Shown one piece after another: positions 45,190-54,899 of a stretch of DNA of 64,000 nt. The DNA is taken from sequence record PX930852.1; one strand, 5' to 3'. The stretch comes from a phage. The position numbers and the translations under genes are program-made. The notes below the pieces were generated by a model, which made no database searches, was not told the DNA's origin, and saw nothing but the letters and a program-made list of their open reading frames with translations. Numbering within the stretch: the first letter of the stretch is position 1; every line of letters starts with the position of its first letter.

Positions 45190-46605
45190 TTACCAGATAT
45201 AACGGTCAATCATTACTGCTTTGAGCATTACGCTGATTGGGTCAAACTTCTCACCACCAAGCAGAGCTTTTAAAGTAGCTGGAGAAAAACCAGATACCAT
45301 TGCTACACCGTTATCCTTAACAGATACTTCGCAAGTACCATTACGGTTTGCTAAGTACCAGAATACCAGTTGAGGCATTTCGTATCCAGCTTTTTTGTAC
45401 TTACTACGAATTGCTTCAAAGTTTGTACGACCGTTAGCTCCATCAACCTGATTGAACTCCATATCGGAGAAGATGATAAGCTTACTTGGCATATCTTTCT
45501 GAGTCAAGTTGTTTCTTTTACCTGTTTCAAGAATACGGTCAAAAGCTGCTTGTAAGTTAGTTGAGCCATATTCAACGTGTCGCATCACCTGACGATGACG
45601 GTTTCGTAAATCACCACTCAGTTCGATGAAGTGAGGGTTTGTTGAATAAACCATCAACTCATTCTTAAAGCAACCTGTATTACGTTCTGCTACATACAAT
45701 GCAAGTGAAACACCAATATCAAGAGCAGTAATTGAACCAAAATTCACCCAAGACATTGAGCTTGAAACATCAGACATACACAAGATGTTTTCACCCTCTG
45801 CCATCCAGTTTGGTAGTGCTTTCCACTGCTCATTAGCAACATCTGCATTACCATGCTTAACAGATTTAATTACATCGTATGGGTAAACAGCGCCAGCATT
45901 AATCTTAGCCTCACCCTTTGATAAGGACTCGATGTAAGCTTTGTAGCGTTCTCCATCTTTGCGGTTAAACAGTTTTTGGTAACGTGCAGCAGCAAGTGAA
46001 GGAATCTTACTGTAGTCAATCTTACCAAACTCATTAGCAGAGATTTTTTGCTCAACTGTATCAGATAGTGCAGACAACAGTGTGCGGTACTCTTTCTCAC
46101 TCAAGTTGGCAAACTTGCAGAAACGTTTTACAAACTGCTTATGACGTGGTTTGACTCGTGGTAACCACTTAGCCGCCAAACCTGCTGTTGCAGGGTCTAG
46201 TAATGCTGCTTCTAGATGTTTGAAGGCATCTGTCTCGAAACGAGTACCTACGAAGATTTTGAAGTCATCAAAACGACCAAGTTCTGCAATCTTATCCATA
46301 ATGCGAAGAACCTGCGTAGGCTCTAAAACTTTGTCTTCAATCGCTTGAAGTAAAACAGTTCTGAAGGCTTTACGCTCACCCATACCTTCTCGTACATCTC
46401 GCATATGAAGCAAAATACGAACTGCAACATCAACATCCTCACGCAAAGCTTTGTAGAACAGGTCTGGTAAGATTTCTACATTGCTACGGCTTGAACCAGC
46501 AGCTTTGTAAAAGTCTACAAGAGCAGACATTGATGAAGTATGGTTTACAGCACCATTTTCAGTTCGACCTGCATGAAGGTGCGCATGTTTAAATAATTCG
46601 CTCAT
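45190..46605 (-). CDS. von Willebrand factor A (vWA) domain protein, possibly Ro60/TROVE-like (Rsr-like)
   Basis: 471 aa; MIDAS motif DVSSS (DxSxS) at about residue 285; helical N-terminal half; lies directly upstream of the tRNA array. Confidence 0.5.
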   Translation of the reverse strand: MSELFKHAHLHAGRTENGAVNHTSSMSALVDFYKAAGSSRSNVEILPDLFYKALREDVDVAVRILLHMRDVREGMGERKAFRTVLLQAIEDKVLEPTQVLRIMDKIAELGRFDDFKIFVGTRFETDAFKHLEAALLDPATAGLAAKWLPRVKPRHKQFVKRFCKFANLSEKEYRTLLSALSDTVEQKISANEFGKIDYSKIPSLAAARYQKLFNRKDGERYKAYIESLSKGEAKINAGAVYPYDVIKSVKHGNADVANEQWKALPNWMAEGENILCMSDVSSSMSWVNFGSITALDIGVSLALYVAERNTGCFKNELMVYSTNPHFIELSGDLRNRHRQVMRHVEYGSTNLQAAFDRILETGKRNNLTQKDMPSKLIIFSDMEFNQVDGANGRTNFEAIRSKYKKAGYEMPQLVFWYLANRNGTCEVSVKDNGVAMVSGFSPATLKALLGGEKFDPISVMLKAVMIDRYIW

Positions 46606-46686
46606 ATTTTACTCTCTTCTCTCATTTGTTGTTTGATGTGACAGACTTTAGAGCAACTTTATAGAGTCTGTCAACACCTTTTAAAA

Positions 46687-47058
46687 TTATTTTTTAAGAG
46701 TCGCTACAGCAGAGAACGTTGGTTTGTTATCTGTCTGTTGTTGACCACCATTATCAGGAGTCTTCTTAGTGTCTGCTGCAAGTGCTTTCATCTCACCTGC
46801 TGAGTGAGTAAAGATAGTTTTACCGACCTCAATCATACTCTTGATGGTTACGTCATCTGTGTTTAACCCGAACTCTGCAAGCTTAGCAGCATCCCTTGTA
46901 ACAATCGCTTCAAATAACTTTGCAGCAAACTCAGCAGAATTGTCAATGGTCAGTTGAGCTTTTACAAGTGAGCTTTTGTTGCGAGAGCCTTTTGGTCTTC
47001 CAGATGGGTTTCCAGATTGGCCTTTTTTAAACTGGCCTTTGTTTGTTCTGTTTTTCAT
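46687..47058 (-). CDS. hypothetical protein with GNPSGRPKG motif
   Basis: 123-aa ORF; basic N-terminus with Gly/Pro-rich motif. Confidence 0.45.
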   Translation of the reverse strand: MKNRTNKGQFKKGQSGNPSGRPKGSRNKSSLVKAQLTIDNSAEFAAKLFEAIVTRDAAKLAEFGLNTDDVTIKSMIEVGKTIFTHSAGEMKALAADTKKTPDNGGQQQTDNKPTFSAVATLKK

Positions 47059-47187
47059 TGGTATGCCTCTTATAAGACCTCTTAAAAGGCTTTTAAGATA
47101 AAAGATAGATATCCAGAAAGATATCTGTTTAAATAGCCTTTTTAGAGGAACCTTTTAAGTAATCTTCTAAGTATTTATAAGCCTACA

Positions 47188-47222
47188 CCTTGTCAAGTAC
47201 TTTGTCAACAACTTTTTTAACT
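47188..47222 (+). promoter_or_regulatory. conserved tandem TTGTCAA promoter-like element (copy 2)
   Basis: ACCTTGTCAAGTACTTTGTCAACAACTTTTTTAAC upstream of plus-strand operon starting 47308; shared upstream AACCTTTTAAGTAA box. Confidence 0.45.
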
Positions 47223-47307
47223 TGCAATAGTTCTTGACTTGTTGTATGGATTACTGTACCATCTTACTTAAAGCTGTAGGTCTGCCTTGTTCTACAAAGG
47301 AGACTTA

Positions 47308-47469
47308 ATGAGAAAATCAAATAAACCGAAGAAAGGTAAGAATACCAATCACTGTAAGGAATCAAAAAGGGTAGAGTCAATCTACTATTCATCCTCTGAA
47401 ATTGGTCTGTACCTGTTCTTTCAAAATTACAGAAGACAAGAGGATTATCTATGTGTAGTTCCCAATTAG
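47308..47469 (+). CDS. small basic protein (53 aa)
   Basis: ORF 47287..47469 trimmed to ATG 47308, which follows AAGGAGA RBS. Confidence 0.4.
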   Translation: MRKSNKPKKGKNTNHCKESKRVESIYYSSSEIGLYLFFQNYRRQEDYLCVVPN

Positions 47470-47684
47470 AAATCGCAGATATTATAGATTTATATCAAAC
47501 TGCAAAGAGTCATGGCTATATAACCTCAATTGGAAAGAATAGTCACTATGATGCTTTGACTGGAATGTATTTCAGGGCAATGGCTCAATCTAGTGAACAA
47601 CACTTAATGGTTTCTTCCAGTGAGTTTACTTCGTTTCTCTATTGCAGCAAAATCATAAATCGCAGGAGAACTGAAAAATGTTAA
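47451..47684 (+). CDS. hypothetical protein (77 aa)
   Basis: GAGGA RBS. Confidence 0.4.
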   Translation: MCSSQLEIADIIDLYQTAKSHGYITSIGKNSHYDALTGMYFRAMAQSSEQHLMVSSSEFTSFLYCSKIINRRRTEKC

Positions 47685-48268
47685 CAGTAAGTTTTAATTA
47701 CAATAGTGATGGCTCTGTATCAATTAATTCACCATATGCAAATGACCTACTTAAAGAGCTAGTCAATCAGTGTGATAGAGGTCTTCACTATGTTCAAAAT
47801 TCTTTTAAACAGAAGACTATCGCTAATAACTTGATGCGTGTAACAGTAACGGCATCGAATCAAAATTATGACTTTGATAGTGAAAGTCCGTACTCATTAG
47901 TTGCGCTTGGAGAGAGCAGCCAATTCAAACTTGTTTGCCACGACTCAGAAACATTCCTTAAGGTATTTTCCAACCTTATCCATAATAATAAGTACAGCTA
48001 CGTTGATGGTAGTGTAAACTTCTATCCAGCAAATTATACATGTTTGTTGGTTGATAACATGAGAAAGAGTAAGCAAGAGCCTACAGAAATTTCATTTGAT
48101 GTGAACTCTAGTCCAGACGCAGAAACAAGTAAGAACTTTGATATGAGTTACGCATTGTCGCTCAGTAAGAAATCCGAGTTCATTGATTATGTCAATGGAT
48201 TTGGTTTTAAGTTTGATGAGAGTATGAATCTTAAAAAACTTAAAAACCTACTTAAGACCAAAGCTTAA
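47678..48268 (+). CDS. hypothetical protein (196 aa)
   Basis: GGAGA RBS; followed by terminator hairpin at 48277. Confidence 0.5.
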   Translation: MLTVSFNYNSDGSVSINSPYANDLLKELVNQCDRGLHYVQNSFKQKTIANNLMRVTVTASNQNYDFDSESPYSLVALGESSQFKLVCHDSETFLKVFSNLIHNNKYSYVDGSVNFYPANYTCLLVDNMRKSKQEPTEISFDVNSSPDAETSKNFDMSYALSLSKKSEFIDYVNGFGFKFDESMNLKKLKNLLKTKA

Positions 48269-48276
48269 GTGTGAAT

Positions 48277-48300
48277 AGGGGCATCAGCCCCTTTAACTAT
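48277..48300 (+). terminator. rho-independent terminator-like hairpin
   Basis: AGGGGC-ATCA-GCCCCT followed by T-rich tract. Confidence 0.5.
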
Positions 48301-48315
48301 TTATAAGGATATTTA

Positions 48316-48687
48316 ATGAAAGCTAAGAGTGCAAAAGACTTTTATTGCTTCCTACAATCCTATATCAATTCCGTGCAAAATGGTGAAAGGTACAACCTTA
48401 ATGATGTTATCCCAACACCTTTGACATGGAGACTCAGTAAATGGCCTGAAGAAGATATTACACCAACAAGCAAACAACGTACCTACAAACCTGAAATCAA
48501 TATTCCAGACTCTGAGAACCTATTATATCCAATGTTCCATATTGTTGGTCTTGGGAGATTCCTTATGGATATTCAGTATGTAATTGGTAAAGGTTATAAG
48601 GTTAAAGGCATTGTTGTTGGTGATGTATCTCCACACCACAAAGGTTATTTTAGACTAAACGCACATTTAGAGGCTAAAAAGAAATGA
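48316..48687 (+). CDS. hypothetical protein, homologous to N-terminal domain of 48684..49817
   Basis: shared motifs with next gene (GERYNLNDVIPTPLTW.. versus GKRYDFRTYQEAILPLTY..; FLMDIQYVIGKGYKVKG versus FFMDLQYAIINGKDV). Confidence 0.5.
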   Translation: MKAKSAKDFYCFLQSYINSVQNGERYNLNDVIPTPLTWRLSKWPEEDITPTSKQRTYKPEINIPDSENLLYPMFHIVGLGRFLMDIQYVIGKGYKVKGIVVGDVSPHHKGYFRLNAHLEAKKK

Positions 48688-49817
48688 TTAAAGCAAAGAC
48701 TTACCCAGACTTTAAAGAGTTTGTGAAGGGCTTCATTGCAAACGTAAAGGCTGGTAAGAGATATGATTTTAGAACATATCAAGAGGCTATTTTACCACTT
48801 ACCTATAGTTCATATTGGCCTGAAGCTGATATTGCAGAAGTTGAGAAGTTTGACTACAAACCAGACTACAAAGTTCCATTTAGTGATGAATTGCTTTACA
48901 GTGTTGGTGCACAGATGAGAACTGCTGATTTCTTCATGGATTTGCAGTATGCAATCATCAATGGTAAAGATGTTGACACAATTTACTGTGAATGGTTGGC
49001 AAGAGTTAAGCCGTTCTCAATGTTGAATGCTAAGTTGAAGGATGCTATTAAGCCACCAGCAATTACTCAGCAACCAACAGGTCAAACAGTCAATGAGGGT
49101 GGCACACTTACTCTAAGCATTCTAGCAACTAACGCCACTGGATATCAGTGGAAGAAGGATGGTGAGGATATCCCTAGTGCCAATTCTGCAACTTACACAA
49201 AACAGTCAGTAGCACCTTCTGACGCTGGTTCATACACTTGTGTTGTATCTGGAGAGGGTGGAACAAGTGTTACCTCAGATGCAGCAACAGTGACTGTGAA
49301 CGCACTACCTGTGATTACCAAGCAACCTTCTAACCAGACTATTAATGAAGGTGGAAACATCAACTTAGCAGTTACTGCAACTGGTGCAACTGGTTACCAA
49401 TGGAAGAAAGATGGCTCTGACATTCCTTCAGCGACAAATGCTACCTATAGCAAGTCTGGTGCTCTGCCAGCAGATGCAGGTTCATACACTTGCGTTGTAA
49501 CAGGTGCAGGTGGTTCTGTCACTTCTAGCCCTGCAACGGTTATTGTTAACGCACTTCCGGTAGTCACTCAACAGCCAACCAATCAAGAAATCACTGAAGG
49601 TGAGACTTTAACACTGAATGTTGTGGCAACAGGTGCAACAGGTTACCAGTGGAAGAAAGGTGAGGAAGACATCCTCGATGCAACTGCTGCAACTTACACC
49701 AAAGAAGGTGCAACCACTGCTGATGCAGGAAGCTACACTTGTGTAGTTACTGGTGCAGGTGGCTCTGTAACATCTAATGCGGCAACAGTTACAGTTAACC
49801 CAGTAGGAGGGGCATAA
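48684..49817 (+). CDS. Ig-like repeat protein (three tandem Ig-like domains)
   Basis: three about 80-aa repeats each with YQWKKDG..DIPSA..ATY..AGSYTCVV (I-set-like) signature. Confidence 0.6.
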   Translation: MIKAKTYPDFKEFVKGFIANVKAGKRYDFRTYQEAILPLTYSSYWPEADIAEVEKFDYKPDYKVPFSDELLYSVGAQMRTADFFMDLQYAIINGKDVDTIYCEWLARVKPFSMLNAKLKDAIKPPAITQQPTGQTVNEGGTLTLSILATNATGYQWKKDGEDIPSANSATYTKQSVAPSDAGSYTCVVSGEGGTSVTSDAATVTVNALPVITKQPSNQTINEGGNINLAVTATGATGYQWKKDGSDIPSATNATYSKSGALPADAGSYTCVVTGAGGSVTSSPATVIVNALPVVTQQPTNQEITEGETLTLNVVATGATGYQWKKGEEDILDATAATYTKEGATTADAGSYTCVVTGAGGSVTSNAATVTVNPVGGA

Positions 49818-50281
49818 TGCAACTCTCAAGAAAAGGATTAGAAGCTATTAAGTTCTTTGAAGGTCTTAAGCTTGAGGCTTACGAAGATTCTGCTGGAATC
49901 CCCACAATTGGGTATGGGACAATTCGTATTGGTGGGAAGCCTGTTAAGATGGGTATGAAGATTACCGCTGAACAAGCTGAACAGTATCTTCTCGCAGATG
50001 TTGAAAAGTTCGTTGCAGCAGTGAACAAAGCCATCAAGGTTCCAACTTCTCAGAATGAGTTTGATGCACTTGTAAGTGAAACATACAACATTGGTATCAC
50101 AGCTATGCAGGACTCTACATTTATCAAGCGCCACAATGCTGGTAATAAGGTCGGTTGTGCAGAAGCTATGCAGTGGTGGAACAAGGTTACAGTAAAAGGT
50201 AAGAAGGTCACTTCAAACGGCCTGAAAAACAGACGTAGAATGGAAGCTGACATTTATCTTGACAGTGTATACCCAAAGTAA
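49817..50281 (+). CDS. endolysin, GH24 (T4 lysozyme-like)
   Basis: 154 aa; catalytic E..D..T context EGLKLEAYEDSAGIPTIGYGT; followed by strong terminator. Confidence 0.8.
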   Translation: MQLSRKGLEAIKFFEGLKLEAYEDSAGIPTIGYGTIRIGGKPVKMGMKITAEQAEQYLLADVEKFVAAVNKAIKVPTSQNEFDALVSETYNIGITAMQDSTFIKRHNAGNKVGCAEAMQWWNKVTVKGKKVTSNGLKNRRRMEADIYLDSVYPK

Positions 50282-50290
50282 TATCTTCAT

Positions 50291-50320
50291 AGGCTCCTTC
50301 GGGAGCCTTTTTTATTTTCT
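50291..50320 (+). terminator. rho-independent terminator after endolysin
   Basis: AGGCTCC-TTCG-GGAGCCT followed by TTTTTTATTTT. Confidence 0.7.
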
Positions 50321-50332
50321 AAGGAGAAAACT

Positions 50333-50731
50333 ATGAAACTTTGGGCTGATGATGTTGGGACTTTTAAGTACACTCGTAATGGCTCAATGGTGAGAATCAT
50401 TGGGAGTAACATTGTCACAATTGGCGATAGGGTACACACAATGTTCACTGTTGAGTTGGCTGAACTCTCACCTATTGAATCTGCTAACAACGGCCTGTTC
50501 AAGTTTGAGACTTACCATGTAAATGAACACGGGCAGTTTAATACTCTAGGGGAAAGTGGCCTTGATATTATTTCAGAACACCCCTTGACAAGAGAGCAGC
50601 TTGCGAGTTACTATAAAACAGTTCTTGAAAGGACTTTGGCAACACATGAGCATGAGGCCAGATATCACATAGAACGTTGTGAAGTTTTAAGAGCAAAAAT
50701 CGAACAAGCAGAGAGAGGTTTTTATGAATAA
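50333..50731 (+). CDS. hypothetical protein (132 aa)
   Basis: first gene of overlapping plus-strand operon. Confidence 0.5.
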   Translation: MKLWADDVGTFKYTRNGSMVRIIGSNIVTIGDRVHTMFTVELAELSPIESANNGLFKFETYHVNEHGQFNTLGESGLDIISEHPLTREQLASYYKTVLERTLATHEHEARYHIERCEVLRAKIEQAERGFYE

Positions 50732-51113
50732 AGAGATTCAAGTAAAAGTTGACACTTTTGGACATGATGGTCGAGAAGATGCTGGACTTGCCGACGCAGT
50801 GATTTTTGAGTGTAATGGGAATATTAGTCTTCGCTTTACAGGCTCAGGTAGCACCCTTCGCAGAATGCGAGATGATGAAGATGGTTGCCCTGTATTTGGC
50901 TGGTATGATATGGAGTTTCCTCGTTACGCCATCCATTATCCAGATGGTGGAGAAGACTGGACAACTCAATCAATCCGCGATGAGCTTAATGGCATTCCAG
51001 TTGAGCAAGAAGAGCAAGAGCCTGTTGAACTCACCTTCACTTTTATCAAAGAAGAGAAAGTAGGTGATTTGTCAGTAACTGAAGCAATTCAAGTCTCACA
51101 GGTTATTCGTTAA
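50724..51113 (+). CDS. hypothetical protein (129 aa)
   Basis: start overlaps upstream stop. Confidence 0.5.
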   Translation: MNKEIQVKVDTFGHDGREDAGLADAVIFECNGNISLRFTGSGSTLRRMRDDEDGCPVFGWYDMEFPRYAIHYPDGGEDWTTQSIRDELNGIPVEQEEQEPVELTFTFIKEEKVGDLSVTEAIQVSQVIR

Positions 51114-51406
51114 TGAGTAAAGTACAGGTTGTTTTCCCTATTTGTGACTTCTCACTAGAGCGTGAACTTGACCTGTACGAAGAAATTACTGACGAAATTA
51201 TCTGGTCTGTTGTAGAAGAGGCTATCAAGAAGCTATATGGTGGCCTCTTAAACCCATCAAGTAAAAAGCTCAATACTAAACAAGTAGCTGACTCATATGT
51301 TTCATATGATGCCTACAACAAACCTTTTGAGAATACCTGCTTTGACCTTATGGTAGGTAATAACAAAGTCAACTATTTCTTCGTCAGAGAGTTTAACGAT
51401 GAGTAA
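51113..51406 (+). CDS. hypothetical protein (97 aa)
   Basis: coupled ORF. Confidence 0.45.
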   Translation: MSKVQVVFPICDFSLERELDLYEEITDEIIWSVVEEAIKKLYGGLLNPSSKKLNTKQVADSYVSYDAYNKPFENTCFDLMVGNNKVNYFFVREFNDE

Positions 51407-51743
51407 GCTCCATGTCACAGTGTACAAAAACTTCTCAGATATCAAAGAGTCTTTAACAAATAAGCTTGACTTACAACGTAAAAGACTCTTTTTAATGTAC
51501 GACATAGATAACTACAACCATCCTAAAGAGTTTAACTACAAAGATGGTACAAAGGTCGTTGAATTTGAAGATTCTGTGACGGTGTATGTCAAGCATGACT
51601 TACCAGCAAAGTACATAGGGATGTTAGAGTACTACATATTCAAACATACAGGTATGCGTGGTGAAGCTGTTAAGATATCTTCTATAGAAGTTTTTGAGAA
51701 ACCTAACACACAACTTAAAAAGTATTTAATGAGGAAACTGTAA
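51399..51743 (+). CDS. hypothetical protein (114 aa)
   Basis: coupled ORF. Confidence 0.45.
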   Translation: MSKLHVTVYKNFSDIKESLTNKLDLQRKRLFLMYDIDNYNHPKEFNYKDGTKVVEFEDSVTVYVKHDLPAKYIGMLEYYIFKHTGMRGEAVKISSIEVFEKPNTQLKKYLMRKL

Positions 51744-52333
51744 TGTCCGAAGAGCAACAGAATATCACTCCACAAGTAACACTAGTCCAACATTTTGGAA
51801 ACATTGAAGGGTGTATTGCACTTTTTCAACCAAGTATCAACTCTCCTGCAAAAGTTTGCAAGTTGACTATGAATGTTAACAATATCAGTGTTTGCCTTGT
51901 TGATGAAGTCCAGTACTTCAAGTTTAATGACAGAGAGGTTGATGCTGCACTATTGAAGTACCGAGCAAATCTCGAAAAAGACATCGACCACAAAGAACTT
52001 GTAACACTGTTTGGTGACCTTCACAAGCTTCTTGAAAAGGTTATGAAGCGTACATACTACATGAACAATGGTTCAATCATCACCACTTTGATTTCACCAT
52101 GTATCTCAGAGCCGATTCTGACTGATGAAGGTGGATACTACGTAGTGGCATCAGCAGATTCTGATTGGTGGATGAAAAATACAGCACTTAAGACGGTTAT
52201 TGAGGCTATTCGTGAGCATATCCCTTCATTCAGCCCGTGGAAAGGTAAAGGTGATGACTTTATCGCATTGTTGAGCGAAGAAAGTAGCAAACGTAGTGCA
52301 TTAATGCCTAAGAAATACTCTTGCCGAGTATAA
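51743..52333 (+). CDS. hypothetical protein (196 aa)
   Basis: coupled ORF. Confidence 0.5.
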   Translation: MSEEQQNITPQVTLVQHFGNIEGCIALFQPSINSPAKVCKLTMNVNNISVCLVDEVQYFKFNDREVDAALLKYRANLEKDIDHKELVTLFGDLHKLLEKVMKRTYYMNNGSIITTLISPCISEPILTDEGGYYVVASADSDWWMKNTALKTVIEAIREHIPSFSPWKGKGDDFIALLSEESSKRSALMPKKYSCRV

Positions 52334-52395
52334 AATATTGACTATAATGGGAGCTATCGAGAGGTAGTTCCCTTTTTAGTTTCTGGAGAATAGAT

Positions 52396-52941
52396 ATGCC
52401 TAAAGTAAAAGAACACGATAAAATTATTCTGTATGTTAAACAAAACCCTTTGAAGAGTGTTGAGGCTGTTGTGACATATGTCTCACACAATGGTACAGTC
52501 TATTTTCGACCACTGAAGAACTTAGACTTTGATACTACACCAAACCACACATTTAGTACTTCTGCAAGACTGTGTGCAGGAACTGTATACTCAACCGCTG
52601 AGATTGAGTCCTTAGCTTTCACAGGTGCTTACAAGAACTTTATAGGGATTGCTTTAAAGGACTCTGAAGAAACTTTTAAGTTTTTCATGGAAACTAATAA
52701 AGGCTGTTATGAACATACCATGCCAGTTTTTAAGAGGGTTGGTACAGAGCTTGCTAGTAAGTGCGAAGAAATTAGCAGCGACCTGAAGGAACTTAAAGCA
52801 TCGGTGCAGAATGCTGTTTACATCATTGAAAGGAACCACTTAGAAGCTCTTTTCAGAGATATGTTGAAAGCAGGGTTTACTCCAAACGAAATTACAAGAG
52901 AGACTCAACGACAGTTCAGAAACGCTATGGTGAAAGAATGA
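52396..52941 (+). CDS. hypothetical protein (181 aa)
   Basis: ORF with upstream RBS. Confidence 0.5.
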   Translation: MPKVKEHDKIILYVKQNPLKSVEAVVTYVSHNGTVYFRPLKNLDFDTTPNHTFSTSARLCAGTVYSTAEIESLAFTGAYKNFIGIALKDSEETFKFFMETNKGCYEHTMPVFKRVGTELASKCEEISSDLKELKASVQNAVYIIERNHLEALFRDMLKAGFTPNEITRETQRQFRNAMVKE

Positions 52942-53156
52942 AAAAGTTAACTACAGTTGAAGATTACTACAAACTATCCCTGTTAGAGCAGTATCGTAGG
53001 AGCCAGAATATCAGAAAATGCTATGGTAAACACGCTGAAGGTGACTTTTACCGTTGCTACGATGCAGATTTAAAAGGTGTAACACCTAGAGGGAAAGTCC
53101 TGCAAAGGCTTGTTGACCTTGAGTGGAACAAACGATTGAGAGGGGTTGGGAAATGA
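52938..53156 (+). CDS. hypothetical protein (72 aa)
   Basis: ATGA overlap with upstream gene. Confidence 0.4.
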   Translation: MKKLTTVEDYYKLSLLEQYRRSQNIRKCYGKHAEGDFYRCYDADLKGVTPRGKVLQRLVDLEWNKRLRGVGK

Positions 53157-53656
53157 TTTACGAAGAAAGATACAAGATAGATTATCAGAAGACTGGTCAT
53201 CATACTTCACTAAGAGTAACCAAACCAAATGGGGATACTGGTATCATAGCACATTTTGGTGGTGATTATTGGTACGGTACAGGTTGCTTTGAAGGCTACA
53301 CTCAAGAATACTTGAAAGCTTTCTACAGAGACTTTACAAATGACTACAACAGTGTTGTTGAAGAGAAGAATAAGTGCATTAAGCATGAATACCATGCCAG
53401 AGGTTGTCTGAATATTGCTATGATACTGGTTTTCTTCTTAGCAACATTACTAGCCGTATCAGCAATCAGCTACATAGCTCAAGACTTGACTATTACACAG
53501 ATTACTGCAAAGGTATATGATGTTTGGTACTTGTATGTTGTTCCTTTAGCTGGTATCATCATCTCACTAATGAGGTTCAGAGTTCATAAGAAACGACTTA
53601 AGGATTCTGAGGTTAAACTTGAAGAGGTAAGTAAAGAATGCAACCTACAATTATAG
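53123..53656 (+). CDS. putative membrane protein (177 aa)
   Basis: two predicted TM helices (ILVFFLATLLAVSAISYIA, WYLYVVPLAGIIISLM). Confidence 0.45.
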   Translation: MEQTIERGWEMIYEERYKIDYQKTGHHTSLRVTKPNGDTGIIAHFGGDYWYGTGCFEGYTQEYLKAFYRDFTNDYNSVVEEKNKCIKHEYHARGCLNIAMILVFFLATLLAVSAISYIAQDLTITQITAKVYDVWYLYVVPLAGIIISLMRFRVHKKRLKDSEVKLEEVSKECNLQL

Positions 53657-53732
53657 CTGTATGTGTTCGTTTTGCAATCGCTGAAATGATTAACAAGGCA
53701 ATCTTAAAAGATGCCTATGGAGAGACTAAGTA

Positions 53733-53957
53733 ATGATTAAGACACCTGTACCAATTTTTGGATTTCCTTCTATAGAAGAGTTCAAAGTTTATCTTGACAA
53801 AAACTTCTATAATGAGCAGCCTGTAACGCTTCTGAAGAGTGACTTATCAGAGCTTCTTGATATGGTTATCAAGGCAACTTCTGAGAAGGAACCTGAGCAG
53901 AAAGCTGAGAAGAAGACTAGCAAGAAATCCGATAAGAAGACTGAAAAGTCTGAGTAA
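53733..53957 (+). CDS. hypothetical protein with Lys-rich tail (74 aa)
   Basis: ORF followed by hairpin at 53964. Confidence 0.4.
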   Translation: MIKTPVPIFGFPSIEEFKVYLDKNFYNEQPVTLLKSDLSELLDMVIKATSEKEPEQKAEKKTSKKSDKKTEKSE

Positions 53958-54009
53958 TAACTTAGGGGTTACTTGATAGCCCCTTTGTAGGAACTTAGAA
54001 GGTAGCGAA

Positions 54010-54432
54010 ATGAAAGAGCTTATTGGTAAAAGATTGACAGTTTACTGCTCTAAAACAAAGAAACCACTTACTTCTGTGAAGGTCTTTGATGTTGACACCA
54101 CTGGTGTAGAGTACCCAATCCAATGCACAATAATTACTCCATTCCATGCAGATGATATGGATTTTAAAGAGTGTGAAGTGATATCTTTTAATGCTGATGG
54201 GTATTGGAGAGGTAAGTTAAACAAGCAATCAGAAGATTTTGATATGCAAATCCTTATCAATGAAGGCTATATCGGTGTAAAAGATATCCTTGTAGAAGCC
54301 TATGCAGAAGGTATAATAGATGTTGTGAATGATGTTGAAAAAGCTTTAAAACTCATCATGCCACATTTAGAATCTGGAAAGCTGACTTTAGAGATGCTTA
54401 ATAGGGTTATTCGGAGAGCTTATGAAAATTAA
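54010..54432 (+). CDS. hypothetical protein (140 aa)
   Basis: ORF with RBS. Confidence 0.5.
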   Translation: MKELIGKRLTVYCSKTKKPLTSVKVFDVDTTGVEYPIQCTIITPFHADDMDFKECEVISFNADGYWRGKLNKQSEDFDMQILINEGYIGVKDILVEAYAEGIIDVVNDVEKALKLIMPHLESGKLTLEMLNRVIRRAYEN

Positions 54433-54886
54433 AGAAGTAGTGCAAAGAGCAATGCTTGACAATTCTACTAAAGATGAGATGTACACAGAAATTTGTGATA
54501 AGTTGAACTGCTCAAGACATGCTGCTAAGGTTCTTGTACATTGTTTTATCTGGGAATGCTCAGAAGCTTATATGAAACACGTAGCTTTTGAGAGTTCTCA
54601 TTTACTCGGTGATGCAAAAATAGGTGTAGCACTAAAAGAGCCTGAGATGAAAACAGTACCTAAAGTTGGTAATGTGTATAAACTAAAAAATTTTATTACA
54701 GGCGAGATTGTTGCAGAAGGTGAAGTGCAACAGGTTTATCATGATGGTAAATATCTGTTTAAGATATTCGAGTATGATAGTCGTTACAGACACTTATGTG
54801 GGATTACATTTTTAGTTTCAGAAGATGACCTCATCAAGAACAATAGTAATAAATTCGCAGTACCAGAATATCAAGTTTTACGATAA
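54422..54886 (+). CDS. hypothetical protein (154 aa)
   Basis: overlaps upstream stop. Confidence 0.45.
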   Translation: MKIKEVVQRAMLDNSTKDEMYTEICDKLNCSRHAAKVLVHCFIWECSEAYMKHVAFESSHLLGDAKIGVALKEPEMKTVPKVGNVYKLKNFITGEIVAEGEVQQVYHDGKYLFKIFEYDSRYRHLCGITFLVSEDDLIKNNSNKFAVPEYQVLR

Positions 54887-54899
54887 TGGTGTGATATCT

